NCBI GenBank assembly: GCA_001643675.2
Contig: LSRY02000003.1
Location: forward strand, 1,674,001-1,738,000
Source of the DNA: Monocercomonoides exilis PA203
Taxonomy: Eukaryota; Protista; Preaxostyla
Reading direction: 5' to 3'
Length of the DNA stretch: 64,000 nucleotides
The translations under genes and the position numbers were made by a program. The notes beneath the pieces are model-generated. The model had not been told where the DNA came from, made no database searches, and saw nothing but the letters and a program-made list of their open reading frames with translations. Shown here piece by piece: positions 1-10,969 of this stretch. Within the stretch, counting starts at the first letter, position 1; each line of letters starts with the position of its first letter.

Positions 1-767
1 TCAGCATTCTTTTTGCGCCTTAAAAAATGTATAAGGGAGTTTGACTTTTTCAGTGAATTGTTTCTTGCTTCTGAATGTATCTCACGTCTTTTTGCTTTGA
101 GTAATGATTTTCCTGGATTTTCCTGAATTTCTTCGAGTGTCTGCTTTGAAAATATCAGCATTCCAATTGACGGATACCTTTCGATTTTCATATCCACATG
201 TGGAGGAGAAGGAACATAATCCTCAAAAAAGATAAAAAAGACGATGAATTGATTTTCGTCAGAACAATATACAGTCAGCACAACTTCGAGAAAAAATAAT
301 CAATGGCATCGCAAACTTGACTATCCAAAATTAATCTATCAAAATGATCCAGTTCATTTTTTGAAAGGTTCTTACGAAAAATGGCTTTTTCTTCTGAAAA
401 ATAAAGTCTGTTTTGTTTTGCGAGCAACTCTTCGTCAACTCTTGGCAGATCTTGAATAAAATATATCTGCTGGTAAATTTCTATTCCTAATTTGGCTCCA
501 ACGTCATTTCGAGTTGGAGTATAACAACTAGTAATATAAAAACATAATAACATTAAAGAACAAATGTTAAAACCTTCCTTGAGAAATGCGAATCCAGTCC
601 TCGTTATATCGCTTAACGCTCCAAACAATGAATAAATTAGATGAAACAGAAAACCTTTCTAGTGGTTTTGGGATTGATATTTCAACACCTTCAATTGGAT
701 TGTGCGGGAGCGAAAATTTTAATTGATGAAATGCTGTAGAAATTTCCTTTGAAGCATTAGATCCCAT
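1..767 (-). CDS. Intron-containing gene running off the left edge; N-terminal MGSNAS (possible myristoylation) and an Ig-like AIR9/A9-type motif
   Basis: A GT..AG intron at 573-528 joins ORF 567..767 to ORF 275..628 in frame, giving WIRISQGSCYTPTRNDVGAKLGIEI, which resembles the A9 repeat 'W.RI..G..Y.PT..DVG..L'. A second GT..AG intron at ~316-222 leads into an open frame DYVPSPPHVDMKIERYPSIGMLI... Confidence 0.55.
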
Positions 768-1139
768 GTAACACTTCTAAAAGTCCAATTACAGTCAATT
801 GCTCCTGAATACTCAATCGCAAAATGTTAATTCAAATGAAAATGGGAAAATAAAATATTCAAAATATTTTTTGTGACGAATTCAAAAAATATGTTTTTTT
901 CATAGCCATTCAAACTGATTCAAAATATTATTTCAGAAATGAATTTTCGGTTCGACTGAGACAACGAAGATTTATTATCCATCAATAATGATGATTTCGA
1001 TTATCTTATTCATTCAATCACTGTAATTTGCATCATTTATTGTCCAATAATTGTATAACTTATCTTTCAAAATCATTCAAATTCAGCATTTTTTTCATAA
1101 AAATAACTTTGAATGAATTGGTTTTTGGCTGAGTGACAA

Positions 1140-2901
1140 AAAGTGATGAAGATTTATATTCAGTCAACATTTGAAAAAAGGATAAGAAATTGAATCTCTG
1201 TTTAAAATATTTGTCAAATTACATCAAAATATCCACTTTATTTTGAAAAATTTGATCAAGTTTGAAATCAAAATTTTTGTATGAGAAATATGTTGAATTT
1301 CAAATCTATCATAATATGATAGATGGAAAATGTTATTTGCATCAATTCATTTGATGAAAATTTAAATCGATGATTTATTAATATGGATCTATTGATGTTT
1401 ATAAATGATATTAAAATTTTTTTGAAAAGTGACATCAGATCATTATGAAAAAAAAATTTTATTCGAATGAAGAATGATACGCCATTTATTATTCGAAATT
1501 GGTCAACTAATTATTCAAAATTGTTAAACTTTTTATTCGAAATTAATAAACTTCTCACTCAAAATTAATAAAATTCAGTATTTTAAAAAAAATTTTTTTT
1601 GATATAATATGATCACTGGCTAAGTGTCAGAAAGTGATGAAAATGTTTTGTTTTTTCATTATTCTTAAAAAGGATGAAAACTTATACCACAATTTTTATT
1701 ATTAGTGAATAAATATTGAATTTTTTTGATTTTTCAGAAAAAATTCATCACCATGGAAATCGGACAATATTTAAATTATTTCTCCTCACTTTGTTAAATA
1801 GTGAATAATTCAATCATGAAATGTTATTTGAATCAGTTTTCAAACTGAATAAAATATTTTTCACATCGAAGTAAATTTATGAATGCACTTTCAGAATTCT
1901 TCATTTGTTTTTATTGATCTTCTTTGCATATTTAAATATGGGGGAAAATTCGAACTTTCAAGCTTTTTTTGTACAAAGCACAAAAAAATAGTTTCACTCA
2001 TAACTTTATTAAACTGTTTCAAATTTCAATATAAGTTGGATCTTCATATCCGTATTCAGGTATCTTTGAAATCAAAACATAAAGATTTTTAACATTTCAC
2101 GAATGTCAAAAAATGGGCTCATTTATATTGTGTTTTTTGATCAAAAAAAGTCAATAAAAAGTGCATAATTTTTCAATGAAAATGCCTGAAGTGAAATATT
2201 TTTCCCCATATAAATAAAATATTTTGATTGAATGATGTTTTGCCTAGCAATGTGAGGTTTATTCGTTTGAAAATTATTCGATTTCCATGGTGATGAATTT
2301 TTTCTGAAAAATCAAAAAAATTCAATATTTATTCACTAATAATAAAAATTGTGGTATAAGTTTTCATCCTTTTTAAGAATAATGAAAAAACAAAACATTT
2401 TCATCACTTTCTGACACTTAGCCAGTGATCATATTATATCAAAAAAAATTTTTTTTAAAATACTGAATTTTATTAATTTTGAGTGAGAAGTTTATTAATT
2501 TCGAATAAAAAGTTTAACAATTTTGAATAATTAGTTGACCAATTTCGAATAATAAATGGCGTATCATTCTTCATTCGAATAAAATTTTTTTTTCATAATG
2601 ATCTGATGTCACTTTTCAAAAAAATTTTAATATCATTTATAAACATCAATAGATCCATATTAATAAATCATCGATTTAAATTTTCATCAAATGAATTGAT
2701 GCAAATAACATTTTCCATCTATCATATTATGATAGATTTGAAATTCAACATATTTCTCATACAAAAATTTTGATTTCAAACTTGATCAAATTTTTCAAAA
2801 TAAAGTGGATATTTTGATGTAATTTGACAAATATTTTAAACAGAGATTCAATTTCTTATCCTTTTTTCAAATGTTGACTGAATATAAATCTTCATCACTT
2901 T
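1140..2901. repeat. Long inverted repeat: 623-bp arms (1140-1762 / 2279-2901) with a 516-bp spacer and degenerate extensions on both sides
   Basis: 1140 AAAGTGATGAAGATTTATATT is the reverse complement of 2881-2901. 1741-1762 AAATTCATCACCATGGAAATCG is the reverse complement of 2279-2300. The coordinate sum is constant at 4041. Confidence 0.95.
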
Positions 2902-3904
2902 CAAACATTCATCCAAAAACCAATTCATCTCAAAGCAATTTTTATGAAAAAAATGCTGAATTTGAATAATTTTGAAAGATAAGTTCAACAATTTTGAATA
3001 ATAAATAATGCAAAAACAGTTATTGAATTATTAATATGATGAACAATTATTGAAAAAAAAAAGAACTCTCATCGAAAATAGTTATGATTTCAAAAATAAT
3101 CTCCAATAATCTCCAATTATCTCATTCATTTCAGAATTTCATTTGGGATGAAAAAGTGAATGTTTATTGAAAGAAATATTGTTCTCATATCTGTTTTTTA
3201 AATATTTGAAGAAGAAACTCAAAATTTTCATCAATTTCACGAGTATTATCAACACATGAAATCAAACTCCGTTTCTGACATTCAACCAAAATAAAACTGA
3301 TTTTCTCAGAAGATTTATTCATCAAAGAAATTCTGATAAGATTTTTTGAGAAAATATCTTTTGAATAATAATATGTGCGATAGCAGTCTCAACTGTTTCG
3401 AAAGCTCCTCAGATATTTGAAGCTCCACAAATGCATTTCGTTATTCGTTTATTCATAATTCATAATTAATGTTATTTTTTCTCACACACTTGTTTTCCTT
3501 TTTTTTGGTATTCATTAATAACAAAGTTGAATTTTGTATTTCACAGATTAATTTCCAAATTTGTGGATTTCAAAAAAAGAAAAAAAAATGTTTCGGTATG
3601 TTATTGCTTTTTGATTAAAAAACATTTCTTTTCAAATCACCGACTGTTGTTTGTCAGTCATTGGCTGTAATTCCAAACAGTTTGTATTTATTTGAGATGC
3701 TAATATTTTTTTCAGATTTCCCCATTTCCAATAACATACATTTCAACCATTTCTCAAGTTAATAGAGGAGATTGTTGGGGCATTATCTGCAATATCGAAA
3801 TTACATCTTTCATGAAAATAAATCATCAAACTATTCATCAATATGAATTCTTCAGCTGAAAAATAATTGTTTCAAAAAAAATCTATTTAATTTCCGAATA
3901 AAAA

Positions 3905-4103
3905 ATTGAGCGCACACGAGAGAAACGAATGCAAACAAGAAATAAATTGATATCCACATGCACAAAAGCAAGCAATTTAACAGTATTATCAACGATTCAT
4001 AAGATTTCCTCTTCGATTTTCACTTCACGTTGCATCTCTCCCCTTTCCACCAATTAATCCTTCATTCATATTCATTCCAATCAAATTGCATCACAGTTTG
4101 AAA
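3905..4103 (+). promoter_or_regulatory. Conserved 5' flank (putative promoter/5'UTR) shared by A and G (~46189-46400, minus strand)
   Basis: CCACATG...TATTATCAACGAT...AAGATTTCCTCTTC...CCTTCATTCATATTCATTCCAATCAAATTGCATCAC precedes both ATGs. Confidence 0.5.
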
Positions 4104-6077
4104 ATGATTAGGATCACATTATCAGCTCAAATACTCGTCGCATTCCTCACCATAAATCTGGTTCGTGGAGAAGATATCGCAAACAGCATCATCAGAGGCG
4201 CTCGCCCAGACAAGGTGGAACATGCATCGGGAAATCACATCTGTTGTGCTCAAACAAGCTTCGCCCTCATCAACACCTCCTTGTGTGTGACCCGTCTCAA
4301 CATCATCCCTCTCAGCGGTTGCCCACTCCTCACTGCCCAACACCACTCTGCTGCCTCCATCTGCTCCTCCACTTGCACCATCCACCCACCTTCCCTCACC
4401 AACAACAACTACTACCAACAATGCCCCCTCTTCCTCTCTGCCCATGCCTCCCTCGCCCTCACAAACTTCTCCCTCACCACCCACCAACCAGCCATCTTCT
4501 CCTTCCCCCTCTTCTCCACCCCAAACAATCTCCTCCCACATGCCCACTCCCCAATCCCTGCCTCCTTCTCCATCTCCCACTCCTCTTTCTCCTCCTTCAT
4601 CCCCCTCATCCAGCCTTTCCTTTTTTCTCCTTCTTCCCTCTCTTCCCCATCCCCTTCTCCATCTCCATCCCTTTCCCCTTCTCCTTCATCTTCCTCATCC
4701 TCAACCCCATCATCTTCTTTTTCTTCCCCTTCTCCTTCCCCTTCCCCTTCCATTTCCTCTTTCTCTTCCCCTTCCCCCCTCCATATCCATCACCAATCCC
4801 ATCCTCACCTCCAAATCCACCTCAATCTCCATCTCTCAAACACCCTCTTCTCCAACATCTCATCTCCTCAATCCCCTCTATCACTTCCATCCCTTCCCTC
4901 ACACTCACTCAATTCATTCACCTCAACCACTTCTTCCTCTTCTTCCTCTTCCAACAACACCAACACCAATACAATCCCCTCTTTCTCCCTTCATTCATCC
5001 CTCTCCATCTACTCATCCCTCTTCCTCCACACCCACAACCCCATCGATGGAGCCATCCTCCCCAACCTCAACAGTCCATCCACCTCTCTCTCTGCCTTCA
5101 ACGCCTCTTTTCTTCACCAAACACGCTCTTCACCAAATGCTCCTGTTGAACACATTGGAAATGAAACTCACAGAAAATCACCTGGAAGATTGACTTCATT
5201 CGATGTAAACAGCCATCGCTTCGAATGGTGCATATGGGAAGATTCAACTGGTGGATCTTCAGCAGGTGGTGCACTTTTTGTAAACAAAGCAAATGCCAAC
5301 CTCACAATCACTTCTTGTTCGTTCAACAATTGTTCAACAAATGATCATGGTGGAGCGTTATATTGTGGATATTTGTTAAAAATTGATATCACAAAATCCA
5401 ATTTCACGAGTTGTTCAGCTGCTCATGGAGGAGCAAATTGCATCAGGTATCCGCAAACTAATTCTGTTTGGACATTCTCAGAAAACAGAGTGGAAAGTTG
5501 TTCAATCACAAACTGGTGCGGAACTGGCTGGTATTTCTTGCTAAACGACTTGTCTGCATCTGGTCAATTCCTGTTCACCAAATGCAAGTGTATTGCAAAT
5601 TCAGGTGGCGATTCTGCTGGTTCTCTCACATTTAATTATCCTCCACAAAATAAGCCAAATCAATTTTTGATTAATGATTGCCAGTTCATAATCAATAAAT
5701 TGACATCAACTTCAACTTCATGGGGAGGAGCTGCGCTGTGTTGCACAAACACCTTCACTTGGATGAGCGGGTTCAAATTCATCACATTTTGTTTCTTTGA
5801 TGGTAATTCAGCAGAAAATGGTAGAGGAAACGATGTGTTTTTCAATGGCAGCAGCATCACCCAATCCCCATTCAATCAGTGCGGCTCAACAACAGAATCA
5901 AAAAGAGTCTGGAATCAAGGAACTGCTGATAATGTTGAGTTCAACAGATGGCTCCCTCTCATTTTCTCTCTCTCCATTTTCCCCTCTCCTTGTATTCTCT
6001 CTTTTCTCTCGAATTTGATATATTTGATATCTTCTGAATTTCATCATTTTGCTTGCTGTTCCTCTTCTCAAATTTAA
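4104..6077 (+). CDS. Copy A: secreted/surface Pmp-like beta-helix protein (signal peptide + Ser/Pro/His-rich leader + variable Cys-rich beta-helix domain, hydrophobic tail)
   Basis: ATG at 4104 (MIRITLSAQILVAFLTINLVRG, signal-peptide-like). Repeats GGALFV, GGALYC, GGANCI, SFNNC, FFDGNSA...GRGNDVFF. Homology to the other copies ends at WLPLI (~5962). Confidence 0.75.
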   Translation: MIRITLSAQILVAFLTINLVRGEDIANSIIRGARPDKVEHASGNHICCAQTSFALINTSLCVTRLNIIPLSGCPLLTAQHHSAASICSSTCTIHPPSLTNNNYYQQCPLFLSAHASLALTNFSLTTHQPAIFSFPLFSTPNNLLPHAHSPIPASFSISHSSFSSFIPLIQPFLFSPSSLSSPSPSPSPSLSPSPSSSSSSTPSSSFSSPSPSPSPSISSFSSPSPLHIHHQSHPHLQIHLNLHLSNTLFSNISSPQSPLSLPSLPSHSLNSFTSTTSSSSSSSNNTNTNTIPSFSLHSSLSIYSSLFLHTHNPIDGAILPNLNSPSTSLSAFNASFLHQTRSSPNAPVEHIGNETHRKSPGRLTSFDVNSHRFEWCIWEDSTGGSSAGGALFVNKANANLTITSCSFNNCSTNDHGGALYCGYLLKIDITKSNFTSCSAAHGGANCIRYPQTNSVWTFSENRVESCSITNWCGTGWYFLLNDLSASGQFLFTKCKCIANSGGDSAGSLTFNYPPQNKPNQFLINDCQFIINKLTSTSTSWGGAALCCTNTFTWMSGFKFITFCFFDGNSAENGRGNDVFFNGSSITQSPFNQCGSTTESKRVWNQGTADNVEFNRWLPLIFSLSIFPSPCILSFLSNLIYLISSEFHHFACCSSSQI

Positions 6078-6545
6078 CCTCTGCTTACCCAAATATTTAT
6101 CTTCTCAAATTCAACTTCCAACTCAAATTTCGAATCTACACACCTTCTTCCTTTCTTCCAAAAATATCTTCAATCTTCTCAATCTCATTTCCATCTTGCA
6201 TGAACCCTTGATCAAGATTTTCTTTTCTTTCTCTTCATTTTCCAATCTATTTTCTGCTAATTTTAATTTGTAATTTTTTTCCTTCGGCTGAATAATTTCT
6301 TCGTTTCTTAATTTTGATCTTAATCCCTGAAGCTGATGCAATTGATGGAGAATTCAAGACAGATGAAGAATATGTTGAGGAAATTGTTGTGTTATATGTT
6401 GTTAATGTATTTGAAGCAGTAAGAAGAAGAAGAAGAAGAGAAATGAATTAATGAGATTATTGAAGGCAGAGAATTGTGAAGGCAGGGAATTGAGAAGGCA
6501 GGGAATTGAGAAGGCAGGGAATTGAGAAGGCAGATGATAACAAAC
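5962..6545 (+). repeat. Non-coding/degenerate linker shared downstream of copies A, D/D' and G
   Basis: 6101 CTTCTCAAATTCAACTTCCAAC matches 23406 TTCGCAAATTCAACTTCCAAC and the reverse complement of ~44070-44100. 17436 CAATTTTCAACAATTAATCATCTCA matches 43694 CAATTTTCAACAATTAATCATCTCA. Confidence 0.7.
6471..6533 (+). repeat. 17-bp tandem repeat GAATTGAGAAGGCAGGG x~3.7
   Basis: Directly visible in the sequence. Confidence 0.9.
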
Positions 6546-6630
6546 AAAAATGAAAATGTTCGCAAAAGCTGATCTTTTCTTGTCTTTCATCTTTTCTTGT
6601 CTTTCCTCTTTTATTTTTGCGTTCTTCTGA

Positions 6631-8931
6631 CAAATAAAATCCTTCTATTCATCCCTCTTCCTCCACGCCCACAATCCCATCGATGGCGCCATTCTCCCCA
6701 ACCTCAATAGCCCCTCCACTTCTCTCTCTGCCTTCAATGCTTCTTTCCTTCACCAAACTCGATCTTCATCAAATGCTGCTGTTGTATATGAAGGAAATGA
6801 AACTCACAGAAAATCACCTGGAAGATTGACTTCATTCGATGTAAACAGCCATCGCTTTGAGTGGTGCGAATGGAAAGATTCAAATGGAGGAAGTGATTGG
6901 GGTGGAGCTCTTAAAGTTAATTGCACAAATGCCAATCTCGCTATCACTTCTTGTTCGTTCAATAAATGTACATCAAGCAATGGTGAAGGAGGAGCAATAT
7001 TCTGTCAATATTTGTTACAAATCAGCATCACAAAATCGAATTTTACAAATTGCCAGGCGAGACATGGAGGCGCTGTGGAAATATGGAATCCACAATCTTA
7101 TTCTGTTTGGACATTCTCAGAAAACAACGTTGAAAGTAGCTCAATAACATATTGGTGCGGAACTGGCTGGTATTTTTATATTGGTGCTTTTCCATCAAAC
7201 GGCCAATTCCTGTTCACAAAATGCAAGTGCATTGCCAATTCTGGTGGTGATTCTGCTGGTTCTCTCACTTTTCAAAATCCACCAAGCAATAAGCCAAGTC
7301 AATTTATTGTAAATGATTGCCAGTTTATAAATAACAAATTAACTGCCTCTGTCAAATATGGAGGTGCTGCAATTTTCTTCAATTCAACTTATTCCTGGAT
7401 GAGTGGAAATAAATTCATCACATTCTGTTTCTTTGATGGCAACACTGCCAAAAATGGCAGGGGAAATGATGTGTTCTTCAGTGGCAATGCCATTACTCAA
7501 TCTCCGTTTGAGAATTGTGGATCAACAACTCCAACAAAAAGAGTGTATAATAACAATACAGCTGAAAACGCTGAATATAATAGCTGGCTCCCCCTCATTG
7601 CCCAGAACAAAATCGTTTCTAACAGCGGAACTGATGTCGATGTCTGTGGCAGGCCCCAACAGACCCCATGCGCCACCATCGAGTATGCCCTCACTGGCTT
7701 CATTTCCCTCCTCCAAGACGCCTCTCTCACCCTCCTCACCTCAATATTTGTTCCAACTCAAACACTAACCTTCAGCGCGGTTGACACAAAAATCACTGGA
7801 AATGGCACAACTGCCACCATCATCGCCTCCAGTGGCATTCCTCAACCACAAAACTCACATTCACACTCATCACAATCAACATCATCATTTTCTTCATTTT
7901 CATCGTCATATTCATCATATTCATCTGCATCTTCTTCACCAGATCCATCTGCCTCGTCTGCCCTCTTCCAACAGACACAGGGCTCCCTCACAGTCTCTGC
8001 CCTCGCCATCGCCCACAACTCCTCAAATCAAATCACTCCCATCCTCTTCCACCTCTCCGGTAACTCCCCTTCCCTCAATCTCAACACAACCACCATCACC
8101 GGAACAACCTCCATAACAATAAAAACTCCCCTCTTCTTCCTCACTGCTGGCTCCCTCTCCCTCAACCACACAGCAATCACCAGTCTCACCCTCAACAGCC
8201 AGAGCATCTTCCACCTCACCTCCCTCACAACACCCCTCACTCTCAACTCCTCCAACATCACCCACATCACCTCCACAGCCACTCCAGCCAGCTGTGCCCT
8301 CTCCTCTGCCACCTCCCCTGCCCTCTCCCTTTCCCTCGCCAACTGCACCATCACCAACATCGACTCAGCTCCGCAAAACCAACAGACTGCCACCAATGGC
8401 GGATGCATCTCATTCGCCTCATCTGCCCCTGCCAACTCATTTTCTGTGAGTGACACAAATTTCTCCACCTGCTCTGTGAGCGAGGATACAAGTTCTGGAG
8501 GAAGAGGCGGTGCTCTCATGATCGAGTACAACGATGATTCAGAAGTGTCATCCACAACCTTTTCCATCACCAATATCGTGTTTTCAGCCAACAAGGCCAG
8601 TGTCGGAAGAGATATGTATTTTGTGTGTGAATCCCTTGTCGCTTCTGTGAACGAGTCTTCCTTCGCCTTCATGGGAAACATCACTCAGAAAGACAACTCG
8701 GCTGTTGGACATGACAGAACAGAAGCATTCGGTGATTGGAATATCGATTTGTTTATATTTCTCAACGAGCACACAGCTGACAATGAATATGCGAATGATC
8801 ATCTTGGCATCAAAGCAATGAATTGCTGGCTATCAAAGATGCCCTTCAAGAGCACACGCAATGCGATGTGTCTTCTGGAGAAGGTGCAGATCATAAGGCA
8901 GAAATCATTTCATCAGCTGACTTGTCGGTGA
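6631..8931 (+). pseudogene. Copy B: leaderless beta-helix cassette (variable domain + long C-terminal 'constant' region), no in-frame ATG
   Basis: The frame is open from the TGA at 6628-6630 and family homology starts ~6650 (HAHNPIDGAILP). The C-terminal part contains CGRPQQTPCATIEYAL, NGGCISF, GRGGALMI, FSANKASVGRDMYF. The ORF-track start is a TTG. Confidence 0.7.
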
Positions 8932-9713
8932 ATTTATGTGCAAAAGAAGGCAAAGTCGAAGAAAGATGGGGAGATGGCACACAAAATAGAAGAAAATATC
9001 TTATATGTGCATTTGATGAAATCAACATTGCTTGTCGGGCATTTATTCTCTTCTTTCATAGAATTATCCATTAAATTTGCCTTTTCAAATAAATATGTTT
9101 CCCTCATCGTTTCATCTTCTCCGACATATTGAAGGCGTGTGACGTTGTGCAACCTGCCGAACGCTATTTTTGAGCTCATTCATTTCATAAAAGAATTGCT
9201 CTAATACTCTTTCTTTTTAATCTGCGCCTCTTTCAGCTTCCAAATAAAAAAAGGCAAAATCGTCCTCCTTTTTCGATTGCAAGTCTGCTGCTCTGCTTTT
9301 CTTGATTCGAAATCATATCTATTCTTATTTAATTTCGGCTTACCTTCCATCTTAGAATAAATATTAATCTTGGCTTTCTGAAAAAAGGTATAGGCAAGTT
9401 TTGGACTTGAATTTGAGGAAAGTTGAGCAATTTAAAAATTGCAATATTTTTGTTTCTCCTTGAAGAAGGCGTTGAAGAAGAACAGAACAAGAATTAAAAG
9501 ACTGATTTTGGCCCAAATAGACTTTTTATCACAAATAACTTGAATGGAAATATAAATTATACAGTTTTTGATATGTTGAGAGGAGGAAATGCAAATGAAA
9601 CAATTTTTGGCTCATGCGGTATTTCTACTGACAGAAAATGCATAAATGTTTCCGAATGAGGATGCTCTGCCAAAATGTCAAGCGAGAGGGAGCGGCAAAA
9701 TAGTCAAAGATCG

Positions 9714-9788
9714 ATGAACAAGACGAACAAGACGAACAAGACGAATAAGACGAATAAGACGAAGACGAAGACGAAGACGAAGAAGAAA
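9714..9788 (+). repeat. Compound microsatellite (GACGAACAA/GACGAATAA)n-(GACGAA)n; mirrored at ~31432-31506
   Basis: Directly visible in the sequence. Confidence 0.9.
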
Positions 9789-10531
9789 CTATAGGATTTG
9801 AAGAAGATGAAGGAAATAATGAGGAAGAAGAAGAGATAATTGAGAGATGAACAATCAGTCAAATAACATTTCTGAAGAAGATGATGAAAACGACTTGTTT
9901 GATGCTGTCAGTTGGTTAAATGTCACATTTGATAAGTTGACTTAGGAAGTGATAAAAAACCCCAATCACATATAATATTGGCCAATTAGCATTTATTTGC
10001 CAATGAAGATTGATATCCTCAGTTCATTGGCAAACTTTGTGTGGTTTCATTGCCTTTCTCTTCAAAAACAGAAAAATAATGGCGTTTGTTGGTTGGCTCT
10101 GAAAATACAAAAGGCATCAAAAGAAGATGAATACGAAGATGAAGAGGAAAAGGAAGAAGTTGAATAAGGTGAAGAATATGATGCAGAAGAAGATTGTTCT
10201 GCTTGTTTTGATATTGATGGTGATGAATGAGATGACAAAGACGAAGAAGAAGAATGAGAAGAAGGCGAAGAAGGAATGTTTTGCACAGAATTTGTCCGTC
10301 TGAGAAATTGAAGCTTTTGAATTGCATTTCTCCGAATGAGAATGTTCTCATTGGCTTATTTTGGAATTCATGGGAAAACTATGATGGTTGAAGGAATTAA
10401 ACAGCAAGGAAAAGAGGCAGACATTGAAGGAAGATTATGAAGTTGAAAAAATAGTTGAAGGAGTTGAAAAGAAATAATAAGAAAAAGATGATGATGAGGA
10501 GGAAGAAGAAGATAAAAAAGAGGAAAAAAAT

Positions 10532-10532
<1 letters not shown>

Positions 10533-10562
<30 letters not shown>

Positions 10563-10658
10563 AAGAAGACGAAGAAGACGAAGAAGACGAAGAAGACGAA
10601 GAAGACGAAGAAGACGAAGAAGACGAAGAAGACGACGAAGACGACGAAGAAGAAGAAG
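10533..10658 (+). repeat. (GAA)n/(GAAGAAGAC)n microsatellite; mirrored at ~30561-30686
   Basis: Directly visible in the sequence. Confidence 0.9.
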
Positions 10659-10969
10659 CAAAAGTAGTTCAGTTGATGATTGAAGGAGGTGTGGATGGAG
10701 TGGAAGAAAACAAAGGAGTTTCTTTGAGATGCGAAGGAGTTGTAACAAACGACTCTGGGAAAAAGTTGATTGGCGTGTGCTCATCAATCGTTGATTCCGT
10801 TGAAGAAGATGCTGCACAGTTTGGAAAGTCTGTTAATGTGGAAGAAGGCGAAGAAGAAAAGGAAGAAAATGATGATGATCATGATAATGAAAATATGAAA
10901 AAGTCGAATATGCCAAATCATATTCAATCTCATTCTATCACATTCAATCCTGCTCTGTGTGTGTGTGTG

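Noticed and set aside
4122-5193. Long overlapping alternative-frame and antisense ORFs in the A/G leaders and B/E constant regions
   Set aside because: They are by-products of G-poor, C/T-rich composition that lacks stop codons.
6471-6533. CRISPR-like array
   Set aside because: It is a head-to-tail tandem repeat with no spacers, in a eukaryotic context.
5215-7600. Diversity-generating retroelement (TR/VR) explanation for the cassette variation
   Set aside because: Differences are not adenine-specific and include many synonymous changes and indels. No reverse transcriptase is recognisable in the window.
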